From: an uncultured delta proteobacterium
GTDB lineage: Bacteria > Myxococcota_A > Polyangia > Fen-1088
Direction of reading: 5' to 3'
Assembly: GCA_963849735.1 (NCBI GenBank)
Contig: CAWKJE010000033.1
Span: 1,239 to 65,238 of the forward strand
DNA length: 64,000 nt
Position numbers and translations under genes: made by a program. Numbering within the stretch: position 1 is the first letter of the stretch; each line of letters begins with the position of its first letter. Below the pieces are notes generated by a model, which did no database searches, had not been told where the DNA came from, and worked only from the letters and a program-made list of their open reading frames with translations. Positions 54,539 to 63,729 of the stretch are shown here, in pieces.

Positions 54539-54834
54539 ACCGCTCGCCGGACCAGCTACCACAAGAGACTCAAGTGGCAAGTTGGGCTAAGAGGATAGTC
54601 CTTCCCACCAGCAGCGAGAAGAGCATTTGGCGAGATGGATACCTGTTCGGCTTGGGCCTACTGGTGCTGCCCTTCGTATTCTTTCCAATCCTTGGGTTTG
54701 GCAGCGCCACGTACTCCCCTGCCCAGGGGACCGGATTGGTGTCTCGCCCGCAGGGCGGTACCAAGTGAGGGTGGATGGATTTTGCGAACCGACTGCGTTC
54801 CGGTAGGATGAGGGGGGAATTCCAGGAGAGGACG

Positions 54835-56157
54835 ATGGCCACTGACCCGATCAACCTGTACATACATGGCGTTCAGGCGCTGACGCTCTTCCTTCTCGTT
54901 GCACCTGGATGTGGGCGAACCGCCCTCGACGTGGCCGGCGTGGGAGGGACGGATGTCACGGGTGGCTTTGGCGGCAGCGCCCAAGCTGGGGGATTCCCTG
55001 GCTCCGGCGGCACTCTGGCTGGTTCAGCGGGTGTGCGCAGTGCCGGTGGGGTTGCAGGCAGTGGCGGCATCGTAGGCACCGGTAACACGGTGGACCGAGG
55101 TGGAACGTCTGGGTCTGGCGGAGTTGAAAGCAGAGGCGGGCTGACTGGCTCAGGCGGTGTAACCGGAGCTGGCGGTGCGTCCTCGAGCAGTGGTGCGGCG
55201 TGCGGCTCCGATGTCACGCCATGTGCGGGCGACGTGAGCGGAACATGGACGGTGGTATCAGGGTGCCTGCAGGTGTCCGGGCAAATGGACGTGACCCTAT
55301 TGGGTCTAGGTTGCTCTACTGCTGATGTCACGGGTACCCTCCACGTGACGGGAACCTGGACTGCCAACTCGGACGGCGCGTTTGTCGACGACACGACCAC
55401 GACGGGTAACGAGGTGCTCACTCTGCCCGCTGCTTGCCTGTTCATCTCGAGCACTGCCGTGGCGTGCCCCAAGCTCAATTTGTTAATGGCGGTCTACTAC
55501 AGCGAGGCGTCTTGTACTGACGCTGCGGGTGGAGGCTGCACGTGTGCGGGCACGGTGAACCAGCAGGGAGAGATGGGCGTTGTGACTCCATCCTCGCTTA
55601 CAAGGGGCGACTACAGGGCATCGAATGGCACCCTCATGCTCGAGGATGGTACGACCTACTCGTACTGCGTCTCGAATGACAATCTTACGGTGACCCCGCA
55701 GCGCACTAGCCCTCCCACGACCGGCGAGATTTCGCTTCGGAAAGCCAACACAATCGGTAGCGGTGGAACTCGCACAGGCGGAGTCCAGGGTAGCGGAGGT
55801 GTCGTAGCCACCGGTGGCATGATGGGCGGAGGTGGACAAGCGAGCGGCCAGAACGATTGCGAGAAGGCGGGCGGCACCTGCGACCAGGTATCACCAGGAG
55901 TTTGCTCGGATGGCTGGGTTCCCGACACTGGGTCGTATTCCTGCGGTTCGAGTATGATGGTTTGCTGTCTTCCGGTCAGCCATTCGCCCTGCGAAACGGC
56001 AGGCGGCACGTGCGCTTACGACGTTTGCCCCAGCGGCACGGTTGATGTTGCAACGCTGCCCAGCCAATGTACCACATCACTGGGATCGCCGACGTGCTGC
56101 ATGCCATCTGCGGATGCTGCCGTGTCTAACCTCGATGGCGGGAGAAGCGTAAGCTAG
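54835..56157 (+). CDS. Gly-repeat, Cys-rich secreted lipoprotein
   Basis: 'LTLFLLVAPGCGRT' lipobox, 'GG(x)(S/T)GSGG' repeats, and a C-terminal duplicated 'AGGTC...CC(L/M)P' Cys module. Confidence 0.6.
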   Translation: MATDPINLYIHGVQALTLFLLVAPGCGRTALDVAGVGGTDVTGGFGGSAQAGGFPGSGGTLAGSAGVRSAGGVAGSGGIVGTGNTVDRGGTSGSGGVESRGGLTGSGGVTGAGGASSSSGAACGSDVTPCAGDVSGTWTVVSGCLQVSGQMDVTLLGLGCSTADVTGTLHVTGTWTANSDGAFVDDTTTTGNEVLTLPAACLFISSTAVACPKLNLLMAVYYSEASCTDAAGGGCTCAGTVNQQGEMGVVTPSSLTRGDYRASNGTLMLEDGTTYSYCVSNDNLTVTPQRTSPPTTGEISLRKANTIGSGGTRTGGVQGSGGVVATGGMMGGGGQASGQNDCEKAGGTCDQVSPGVCSDGWVPDTGSYSCGSSMMVCCLPVSHSPCETAGGTCAYDVCPSGTVDVATLPSQCTTSLGSPTCCMPSADAAVSNLDGGRSVS

Positions 56158-56347
56158 GCTGTCAGGCTCTTTGCGTCGAACGCAGCTCAAGTGGATCCCG
56201 AGGTGACCAACTACTACAGGCTGACAGTCGATGGAGAGGACACATCACGCAGGCGCTGTCCTGAACCGCTGAGGGACTGCCGAGGATCGTGTACAATGTG
56301 CAATCAATCAGGGGGCAACTCGCCTCAGACTGTGAAGGGTTGAAGCC

Positions 56348-56692
56348 ATGGCAAACATGAAGTTCAGACACCCGGCAGAGAAATTGTCGCAGGCACGCCG
56401 AGCATTGATGCTGCCGCATTCCCAAGGGGAAGCGCAGAGCATCGCAGACGCGTTCAGCGTCTGCTCACTCGGCCTTAATCGGCTCAGCCCTACCGATCTC
56501 GACGATGACGCCCGAAGATGGTTCAGCAAGATCAAGGAGCTGATGGACACTTCTGGAGTTCAAGATCCCGCAGGTCGCGGAACGTTTGCCGTCAAGGCCG
56601 AGGGTTTCAGCCTTGACCAGAAGCTCGAATTGGCGGACGCGGTCGATCAGTTGGCTGATTGGTTCGAGAACGCCTTTTGGGAACGGACGTGA
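56348..56692 (+). CDS. hypothetical protein
   Basis: 114-aa ORF with ATG start and a helical-looking sequence. No motif recognised. Confidence 0.35.
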   Translation: MANMKFRHPAEKLSQARRALMLPHSQGEAQSIADAFSVCSLGLNRLSPTDLDDDARRWFSKIKELMDTSGVQDPAGRGTFAVKAEGFSLDQKLELADAVDQLADWFENAFWERT

Positions 56693-56921
56693 TAGCGGCC
56701 TTGGTCGTGCTGGCTGCCCATAACCGATACTGCGCTCGTGGCAACGCCGACGACCTCGGGTCTTCCGGGTTTGTCGAGGCGCGGTGCGCGAGGGGAAGGC
56801 TCCGCTTTGATGTTGATGGCCGCGAAGCCGCCTAATGCCATTGGTGGCTGGGAATTTCGCTGCAGGGACATCGTAGTATCCTCGAGGTGCCCACTCCTGC
56901 TGGCTGGCGAACGGCAAGAAG

Positions 56922-57746
56922 TTGGACGGTCTGGAAATGGAGTTGTGCCAAAATTTGGACTCTGAACTCGAGCGGATGCTCGTCGTAGAAGAGAACGTTC
57001 TCTCTGGTATTGGTCGCCGCCTTGGCGACGTCGAAGCCTTTCAAGGGGAACTTGACCGAGCCACCAAAGGAAAACCCTTCGCCATCCGGAATGCCGTCGT
57101 CTGGACGATGGTAATCGATTGGCGAGACGCTCTCGTCACTCACTTTGCTTCGTGGATCAGGGGTATGTACGAAAATGGTGGTTTCCTCCGACAGATTCAG
57201 GCTCACCATCTCAGGGCACTTCGGAGGAAATGGCGAACAGGTGAGGAGACACGACCCAGGGAGTGGCTTCACCAACTACTCGCGAAGAATCACTTTGCCT
57301 CATTCGAGCGGCTCTTCCCCGATGTCAAGACCGCGTTTCCAAAGCCCAACGACGTTGAGTTGGTCAGGAGCCGCTTTGTCGAGGCTTTCAAGTCCGTCGT
57401 CGGGGACCGCGACAGCAATCGGGCGCATCCCTACGAGGAGGAGCACGCCAAGAATGCGAAGATGCTTGATTTGAGGGAACTTCGGCAATTTGTATCGCAG
57501 GCCGAAGCATTCCTGGGCGATTTTCGGCTGGTAAGTTTCCACTCTTCCTTCGGGTATCCAAAGCCGAATCGTACAGATTCCCAGGGGGTCATGAGTGAGC
57601 TTGTCGACCTAATCCTGTTGGGCACTGAACGGCGCAGAGGAGCTGTTCTCTGCGGACGCTCCCGAGATGAGTACTACCACCACCGCCACGCCAAACATGA
57701 TCTCCTGACGAGGGAACCGAAACCACTATTCAACGGAAATTGGTGA
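56922..57746 (+). CDS. hypothetical protein with possible Rx5H (HEPN-like) motif
   Basis: 274-aa ORF. 'VGDRDSNRAHPYEEE' is the only motif-like element, and it is weak. Confidence 0.4.
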   Translation: MDGLEMELCQNLDSELERMLVVEENVLSGIGRRLGDVEAFQGELDRATKGKPFAIRNAVVWTMVIDWRDALVTHFASWIRGMYENGGFLRQIQAHHLRALRRKWRTGEETRPREWLHQLLAKNHFASFERLFPDVKTAFPKPNDVELVRSRFVEAFKSVVGDRDSNRAHPYEEEHAKNAKMLDLRELRQFVSQAEAFLGDFRLVSFHSSFGYPKPNRTDSQGVMSELVDLILLGTERRRGAVLCGRSRDEYYHHRHAKHDLLTREPKPLFNGNW

Positions 57747-57789
57747 AGGGTGAAGCCACCTAGCGGCGCGTTGCGCCGGGCGCCACCCA

Positions 57790-57900
57790 GGGAAAGAAAC
57801 GTGGGGGATTTTCTCCGTACCGTGGTCGGCGTGTTGCGAGCCATGGATGCTCAGTGCCTCTACCGGCAGGGAACGTGCAAGTGGATGGGCTGCGTTCCCG
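57790..57900 (+). pseudogene. remnant of the 3' end of a second Cas4-like exonuclease gene
   Basis: 'ERNVGDFLRTVVGVLRAMDAQCLYRQGTCKWMGC' parallels 'ERKFLETVVGVLRAIDAQAFFPVRNGMCGGCTFQRRC' at 47921-48043. 36 of 46 nt are identical in the best ungapped block by hand. No upstream nuclease body is present. Confidence 0.55.
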
Positions 57901-58432
57901 CCGGCCCATCAGCGCTTGATGAACCGAGATTCTGCGGAAAAACAATGGTAAGTGGAAAACCTACAGCCTGGTGGCAGGTATGCCATCCGGTCCATGTTCC
58001 GTCGCGTGAAGCGCTCGGGATAGCACGCCAATATGGATGATTCCCGATGCACTGTCGGGTCGCCGGTTGACACACGAAGGGCTTCAGCGATGGCCATTGG
58101 AATCTGATTCCTCCCGCCGGTAGGTAGTCGCAGCGATGTGGACGGAAATGTAACCAAGACACCGCAGGTCGCCGGGGAAGGAGAGACGAACACCCTCTGT
58201 ATGCGACAGATTTTTTCTTACTGGTCAGGCAGTTTGGACGTACGATAACGCCTGGTCGTGTCGTTCAGCGACCGAAGGAGTCAGACGTAATGACATCGGA
58301 CGGTTACCGTGAGAAGCGGTTCCTCGACAGTGCGAAGGTAGCTCCCAGCACCTCGCCAACACGAGTTTCTAATGCAACCGTCGCCGCCAGCGCGCAGTAC
58401 ATCTGTGAATGTTAATGGATGATAGGGGCACT

Positions 58433-60304
58433 ATGCGGACCGTAGAAATGCTCCTTGCTGTCATGGCGATCGCTGGCGAGGTCGGATGTGCCACCGTGTC
58501 GCCGATGCCGACCACCACGATATCTCGAAATATTGCAAGGACCAGGACGGTAACCAGCCAAAAACACGGTGACCATGTCCTGGTTTCAGCCTCAATCGCC
58601 CAAGGCGACATTCTGTCCGCGAGGGTAATGGCGGAATCACTATGCAGGAGGACTACAATAGACGATGTCTCCTACACACAGCACACCTCCAGACAAACGC
58701 AAGGGGTGAGTTCCGACATTTTAGCCGGCATTGCGGGCGTCGTTGGCTCATCGATTGGTTTGATAGTGTCGTCCCAACTTTCCAGCAAATCATATGTCGA
58801 CTCTAATGGTGAAACGACCTCTGATCGTGACACCGGCCTCGCAGCTAGTGCTGTGCTTGGTGCGATCGGCCTTTCCTTCGTGGGCCATGGCCTCTTCGTA
58901 GCTAACCAGGGGGCAACCCACGACGAGTTCGTGCGCTCAGGCTCGGAAGCCCGCCCAAGCACTTCTCCGTGGGTACCGTGCGGGGCTAAGGAACCGGGCT
59001 CCGCCGACATCATTGTTGACACTGGCGAGAAGAGAATGCCTCTGCCGACCCGCGTTACTGGCTCTGCCTTCAAGGTTCAGCTTAGGACCTACGCGGACGT
59101 TATTTGCACTGACGAGGGGCTCCTTAACACCGGGCCCGGAACGCTGCGAATTCTATATGTGCCAAGATCCGAGCAAGAGGATCCGTTCGGAAGTTCCGTG
59201 GAGCGTGCCAAGAGCGACCTCTTCCTTGCTGACTTCAACGCACGGGCATGCACGCGAATTTATCTGTCAGGTCGGCGAACTGCGGAAGCTGCAGCTCTGC
59301 TCGAAAATGCGGAAACCGTGGCGGATTTTGAACGGGCAGCGACACTCGTCCAATCGGCCTATCAGCTAGCGCAGGAGGTCGCGACGGACGAAGCTGAACG
59401 GACGCCGCTGTTGTCCGGGATCGCCACTATCCGCCAGTCACTATCGGGACGGGTCGCAGGCAGGGTTTCTGCTGCGACGGCAACTGCTCTAACGACCTTG
59501 CGGGCCAATGGGCCGGTCGATGCCGAGCCTGTCATAACTGCTCTGAATCTCATCGGAATATCGGATGACGGCGCTTCAGCGTGGAACCAAATATACGGAG
59601 TCATCGTCCAGCAATCAGTTGGTAAAGGAGCGCAAGGGGAAATGACAATCGAGGCCCTTCTCCAAAAGGAGCCCTCGACGCGAAACTGCATGCGCGAGAA
59701 TGTGTGTCCGTCTTGGCTTAGCTCCGAGCACGTCAAGGACGTCCTTCGATCCGTGACAAAAGATGCCGCATCGGATGTCGAGAGGACCACCGGAAAACTA
59801 CGGGATCTTTGCGCAACATTGACGAAACGGACTACTTCGCGCGCCGTAATGGCTTACGACGCTGCGGTCACTGCGGCGTCAAGCATGAACGATTTTTGCA
59901 CGGAGTCTGAGCCGATGCGGCTCAAGCCAGTGGTAGACAGTTGCAGTCGACTCAGGGAGGCGCTCGCTTGTGAAAAGGGGCTCGATGGTGAACGGTCGAG
60001 TCATGTAGAAGCGATTCGCGCTTCACTCCGCAGGGATGCTGAAACCAAGGCCAACAAGAAGGCAGCAGCTGATTGGCGTTCTCATTTCTCGGCGTGCCGA
60101 ACGCTCGGCACTGCCGCGCGGCAAGTTCAGGCCGCAGAAGACAGGGGCGCGTGTGGAGCTGACTGTCAGACTGTGGTCGTGCGGATGCAGAAGGAGCTTG
60201 AACGCCTCCATAGCTTCCACGGCGAAGCTATTTCGGATGACGACGCCTTAGTCTCTAAGCTACGGGCTGAATGTCAAGCATCCGACTGTGAAGTCTGCCC
60301 CTAA
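58433..60304 (+). CDS. secreted or lipid-anchored protein, function unknown
   Basis: 'MRTVEMLLAVMAIAGEVGCA' signal-like N-terminus (imperfect lipobox), ~620 aa, helical C-terminal half ending in 'CQASDCEVCP'. Confidence 0.5.
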   Translation: MRTVEMLLAVMAIAGEVGCATVSPMPTTTISRNIARTRTVTSQKHGDHVLVSASIAQGDILSARVMAESLCRRTTIDDVSYTQHTSRQTQGVSSDILAGIAGVVGSSIGLIVSSQLSSKSYVDSNGETTSDRDTGLAASAVLGAIGLSFVGHGLFVANQGATHDEFVRSGSEARPSTSPWVPCGAKEPGSADIIVDTGEKRMPLPTRVTGSAFKVQLRTYADVICTDEGLLNTGPGTLRILYVPRSEQEDPFGSSVERAKSDLFLADFNARACTRIYLSGRRTAEAAALLENAETVADFERAATLVQSAYQLAQEVATDEAERTPLLSGIATIRQSLSGRVAGRVSAATATALTTLRANGPVDAEPVITALNLIGISDDGASAWNQIYGVIVQQSVGKGAQGEMTIEALLQKEPSTRNCMRENVCPSWLSSEHVKDVLRSVTKDAASDVERTTGKLRDLCATLTKRTTSRAVMAYDAAVTAASSMNDFCTESEPMRLKPVVDSCSRLREALACEKGLDGERSSHVEAIRASLRRDAETKANKKAAADWRSHFSACRTLGTAARQVQAAEDRGACGADCQTVVVRMQKELERLHSFHGEAISDDDALVSKLRAECQASDCEVCP

Positions 60305-60313
60305 GGAGAGCTC

Positions 60314-61174
60314 ATGGATCGCATCACGGGATTCGAGAGAAGATTTGTTTTCCGAGTGGCTCGAGGTTACTTCTTCGCGATGGCGATTCTCGCCGTTGCG
60401 ACGTTTGTCGGCGGTGGCGTGCTCGCGGTCCAGTCTCTGACGAGGAGGGACGTGCCAGCGCCGGCGGCACTGCGTCCACCAACGCCGCATTCTGCGATTT
60501 CGTACGCCCAGGTGTCAGAGCATATTCGAAAGACGGAAGAGGAGCGGCAGCGTCGCAGCGGCGGAACTCTGGAGCAGGCGGCGAACCGCTCGTCAAGTTC
60601 AGCCGAGCGTGTGGAACGGACGGACCCGACCGCAGCCCGACTTGACGAAATTGGCAAGAGGCTGCGCGCACTCTTCCCGGACTCGAGTTATGCCTGGGCC
60701 GATGAAGTCGAAAACGTGTGTGTGGAGCCAACAGCTTTTGGATGTTTGCGACGGGAAAATCGAATCAAGCGAAGGGGCATAGTAGGCACGATCAACTCAG
60801 TCATGCGCGGAATCGATAGCGACGACGAGCGCATGCGTATTCTCGAATTGTTGATTGGGGTTCTCGAGCAGACCCCCGTGCTGAAACGGGGCGATATGAT
60901 AATACCGACGATCCAGCTGGAGATTAGCCTCTCCGCAGATGATGCGGCTGCCAAGGAATCCTACGAGGGAAAAGTCACCGACCAGAGGGCGCAGTATGCG
61001 CGCGAGGTCGAAGAGAATGAAGCGAAACGACAAAGATGGTGGAGATGGGGCCTCACTGGATTGGGCACTGGCTTTGGTCTTCTCATCGTCGTGAGTGTTT
61101 TTCTTGCCCTTCTTTCGATGGAGCGTCACACGCGCGCGTTGGAACGACTGGCTACCAACTCGAATGCCAGCTAG
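60314..61174 (+). CDS. membrane protein with N- and C-terminal TM helices, function unknown
   Basis: TM 'YFFAMAILAVATFVGGGVLAV' and 'GLTGLGTGFGLLIVVSVFLALL'. It starts 9 nt after the previous gene. Confidence 0.5.
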   Translation: MDRITGFERRFVFRVARGYFFAMAILAVATFVGGGVLAVQSLTRRDVPAPAALRPPTPHSAISYAQVSEHIRKTEEERQRRSGGTLEQAANRSSSSAERVERTDPTAARLDEIGKRLRALFPDSSYAWADEVENVCVEPTAFGCLRRENRIKRRGIVGTINSVMRGIDSDDERMRILELLIGVLEQTPVLKRGDMIIPTIQLEISLSADDAAAKESYEGKVTDQRAQYAREVEENEAKRQRWWRWGLTGLGTGFGLLIVVSVFLALLSMERHTRALERLATNSNAS

Positions 61175-61325
61175 GAAGTTGTCTCAGTTCAAGTAGGGCA
61201 GCGTGGCGGGGTCGCGACTCCAATGCAGGGTTTCACGTGTCGAGGGCGTCTTGACGGAAAATGGGAGTACCCCGAGAGGTGGCTGTCTTGGGAGACGAGC
61301 GGATAACGATGGAAAGGATCACACG

Positions 61326-62043
61326 ATGCCCAGAGCCGGAGCATGGATTGCCCTCTTAGCAGTCGGCCAGCTTGCGGGCTGCTCGTCGACACTGACCCAG
61401 ATTTCGCCCACCCAGCCTTCCGGGGAGCCCAGCGGGAGACTTGGACCCTTTCTTAACTCGCCATTCGTCCTCACGGTCGTAGGTGGCCTTGCGGTCGCTG
61501 GCATCACATCCGGGTACAGCTACCTCAAAGCAAGCCACGACGAGAAGTTGGCCAAAGACAACTGTAAGAGAGCAGCAAATTGCTGTACTCTCGTCGGTCA
61601 CGAACGACCTGCCGAGCTATGTCTCGACAATCGGATCCCTACGGAACTTCAGAGAGTGGCTTGAGGCCCATGATAAGAACAGCACAGAAGTAGACAAACG
61701 CGGTCGGTCTCGCGATGAGATTGAGAAGCTCTACGAAGATCTCTTCAAGTCGTATCTTAAAGCAAGGAATGAGGTGTCCATCCTAGCGCAGGTAAGCTCA
61801 TACTACGAGAGTCAGGAAGTGTGCAGTCGCTTGAATGATGAGGCCCGGGCCATTGATAAAATAAACGCTGCGAGAGGCTATGACCAACGCGAAGAAGCCA
61901 TGAAGGCCGAGGGTCCAGTGTTCGAATCCCTGTTGAGCGCCATGTCCACGGAGATCAGGCAGCGACGCCGGAACGAGAAGTTTAAGGAGCGACAATCGGA
62001 TTGGTGCCTATCCCAAGTTGCCAAGGCTCCATCCAAAGATTGA
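61326..62043 (+). pseudogene. lipoprotein-like gene apparently split by a frameshift near 61555-61565
   Basis: Frame 0 gives 'MPRAGAWIALLAVGQLAGCSS...YLKASHDEKLAKDN'. Frame +1 continues plausibly with 'REQQIAVLSSVTNDLPSYVSTIGSLRNFREWLEAH...' to 62043. Confidence 0.35.
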
Positions 62044-62392
62044 GTTGAGCAGCGTTCACCGGCGCGTGCCCGGTTGAGCACAAATTCCTGTTGTGACCTA
62101 CTTTCCGCACATCTCGGATATGATTTGGACTGAGGTTCCTTCGCCTGGTAAGGCCCGATCTTTGCTTGCGGAGAAGTAGGCAGTGGGCGGCTGGCCGAGG
62201 AGGTGTGTCCGTCCGCCGGTCGGGCGTTGGTCTGGGCCCCATCCACCATCCAGCCTGGTGAAGACTCGGTCGGACGGGCAAGCAAATTGACTTCGAGCAC
62301 GACCTGACTAAGGCGATCGTAGTGGCGCTGGACACGCCAGCACGCCAAGGCTGTGCTGCCGGCCTGCTGCGACGAGAGCGGGTTGTCGATGC

Positions 62393-62623
62393 CGGCGTAC
62401 GCCTGGGAGCCACGTGGATAGCTTCCGCCGTTCTTGGCTTCCGCCCCTCATAGGCCTCATAGCTACCGACCCTGAATGCCCCAAACCCACGTAGCTCGAT
62501 TCGTTCTCCCCGGCGAAGACCCTGCTCCACCCTGGCGAAAGCGGCCTCGACGATGAGTTCGGCCTGCTACAGGGTCAGCTTTTTGTCTTGAGCCAGGCAC
62601 ATGACCAGGTCGAATTTCGTCAC
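62393..62623 (-). pseudogene. IHF/HU-family gene remnant with in-frame TAG and lost C-terminus
   Basis: Translation from the GTG at 62623 gives 'VTKFDLVMCLAQDKKLTL*QAELIVEAAFARVEQGLRRGERIELRGFGAFRV...YEGRKPRTAEAIHVAPRRTP'. The stop is at 62567-62569. The conserved FKPG tail is absent. Confidence 0.6.
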
Positions 62624-62832
62624 GCCGGGTGAGTCTCTTACCGCTCGCAGTTGTGACGAGCCGTTCCTCGGCGTGGGCGTCGAGAAACGGGGAGTTCTTT
62701 AACAGATAGCGATAGACAGGAACACGACCTCGAGAGATCATTGGTGTCCAAGAATACGTGTTGCCGCATCGCCCCGCCGAACTGTCCGCACGTTCGGACA
62801 GTTCACCTGACACCCGAACGGGAGACAAATAG

Positions 62833-63531
62833 ATGACCAAGAAAACATCCGCAGATAGCACGGGCGTGGTGGCCCTCAAAGGGGAACTCGTTGACAAGAA
62901 GTTGGTCGAGGAGGCGGTTGAGTGGATAAAGCAGACTGCTGTCGAGCCGGCCAAGAAGGCGATGGTCGAGGTCGGGGAGTATATTCTCAAGAAATTCTTT
63001 CAGGACGACGTGGAGCTTGCCAAGTCGAAGAACCCCTTCAAGAACGCATCTTTTCGCGCTCTTGCCGACAGATGCGGAACACCACATTTTCCGCTCTCCA
63101 AGACCTGGCTGAACAACGCTGTCGGGGTGGCCATGATGAGCCGACAACTGCCGCAACCCACCGCAGCGTTCAAACAGCTCCCATCCTCGGCACAAGAGAG
63201 ACTTCTCTCCCTAAAAGATCCTGACCGCGTTGAGAAGGTGGCCAAGAAGGCCATCGAAAGCGGCTTCACCATCGTCGAGCTTCGAACTGCGGTGCGCCAA
63301 GAGCGTGCAAAAATGCCCAAGGATGAGTCCCGAGGGCGACCGCCCACGCCGGTCATCACGAAGGCATTGGATCGTTCGCTCAAGCAGTTCACATTCGAGG
63401 GCGGTAAGCGGTCGTTCACGAGAGCCGATCTCGATGCCCTTGGCGAGGACCAGAAGAGGGACGCCTTGAAGTCTGCCGAGAAGCTTGCTGAGAAGCTCAA
63501 GGCGCTAATCGACAAGCTCAAGAATGCTTGA
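62833..63531 (+). CDS. hypothetical Lys/Glu-rich protein (possible DNA-binding, unverified)
   Basis: 232-aa ORF with ATG start. Helical, with a charged C-terminal coiled coil. No firm motif. Confidence 0.45.
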   Translation: MTKKTSADSTGVVALKGELVDKKLVEEAVEWIKQTAVEPAKKAMVEVGEYILKKFFQDDVELAKSKNPFKNASFRALADRCGTPHFPLSKTWLNNAVGVAMMSRQLPQPTAAFKQLPSSAQERLLSLKDPDRVEKVAKKAIESGFTIVELRTAVRQERAKMPKDESRGRPPTPVITKALDRSLKQFTFEGGKRSFTRADLDALGEDQKRDALKSAEKLAEKLKALIDKLKNA

Positions 63532-63729
63532 TGTTCCCCCGAAAAGTCCATATACGACGTGTTGGACTGTCCGTAGAAACCCCGTGCTCGGGGGATGACG
63601 AACGTTCGCTCTCCCGGCGGGAGAAGACGACCGTTCCGCTCCCAGGCAACGACATGATGCTCCACGTTCCTACCGCTGCTGTCTGGGCAACGGCGGCCAA
63701 GCGGACTTCTCTGAAGCTCCCGATAAACG

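Noticed and set aside
61915-61935. tRNA T-loop-like 'GTGTTCGAATCCC'
   Set aside because: The flanking bases do not form a T-stem ('CAGTG' against 'CCCTG'). No acceptor or anticodon arms can be drawn, and it lies inside a plausible coding frame.
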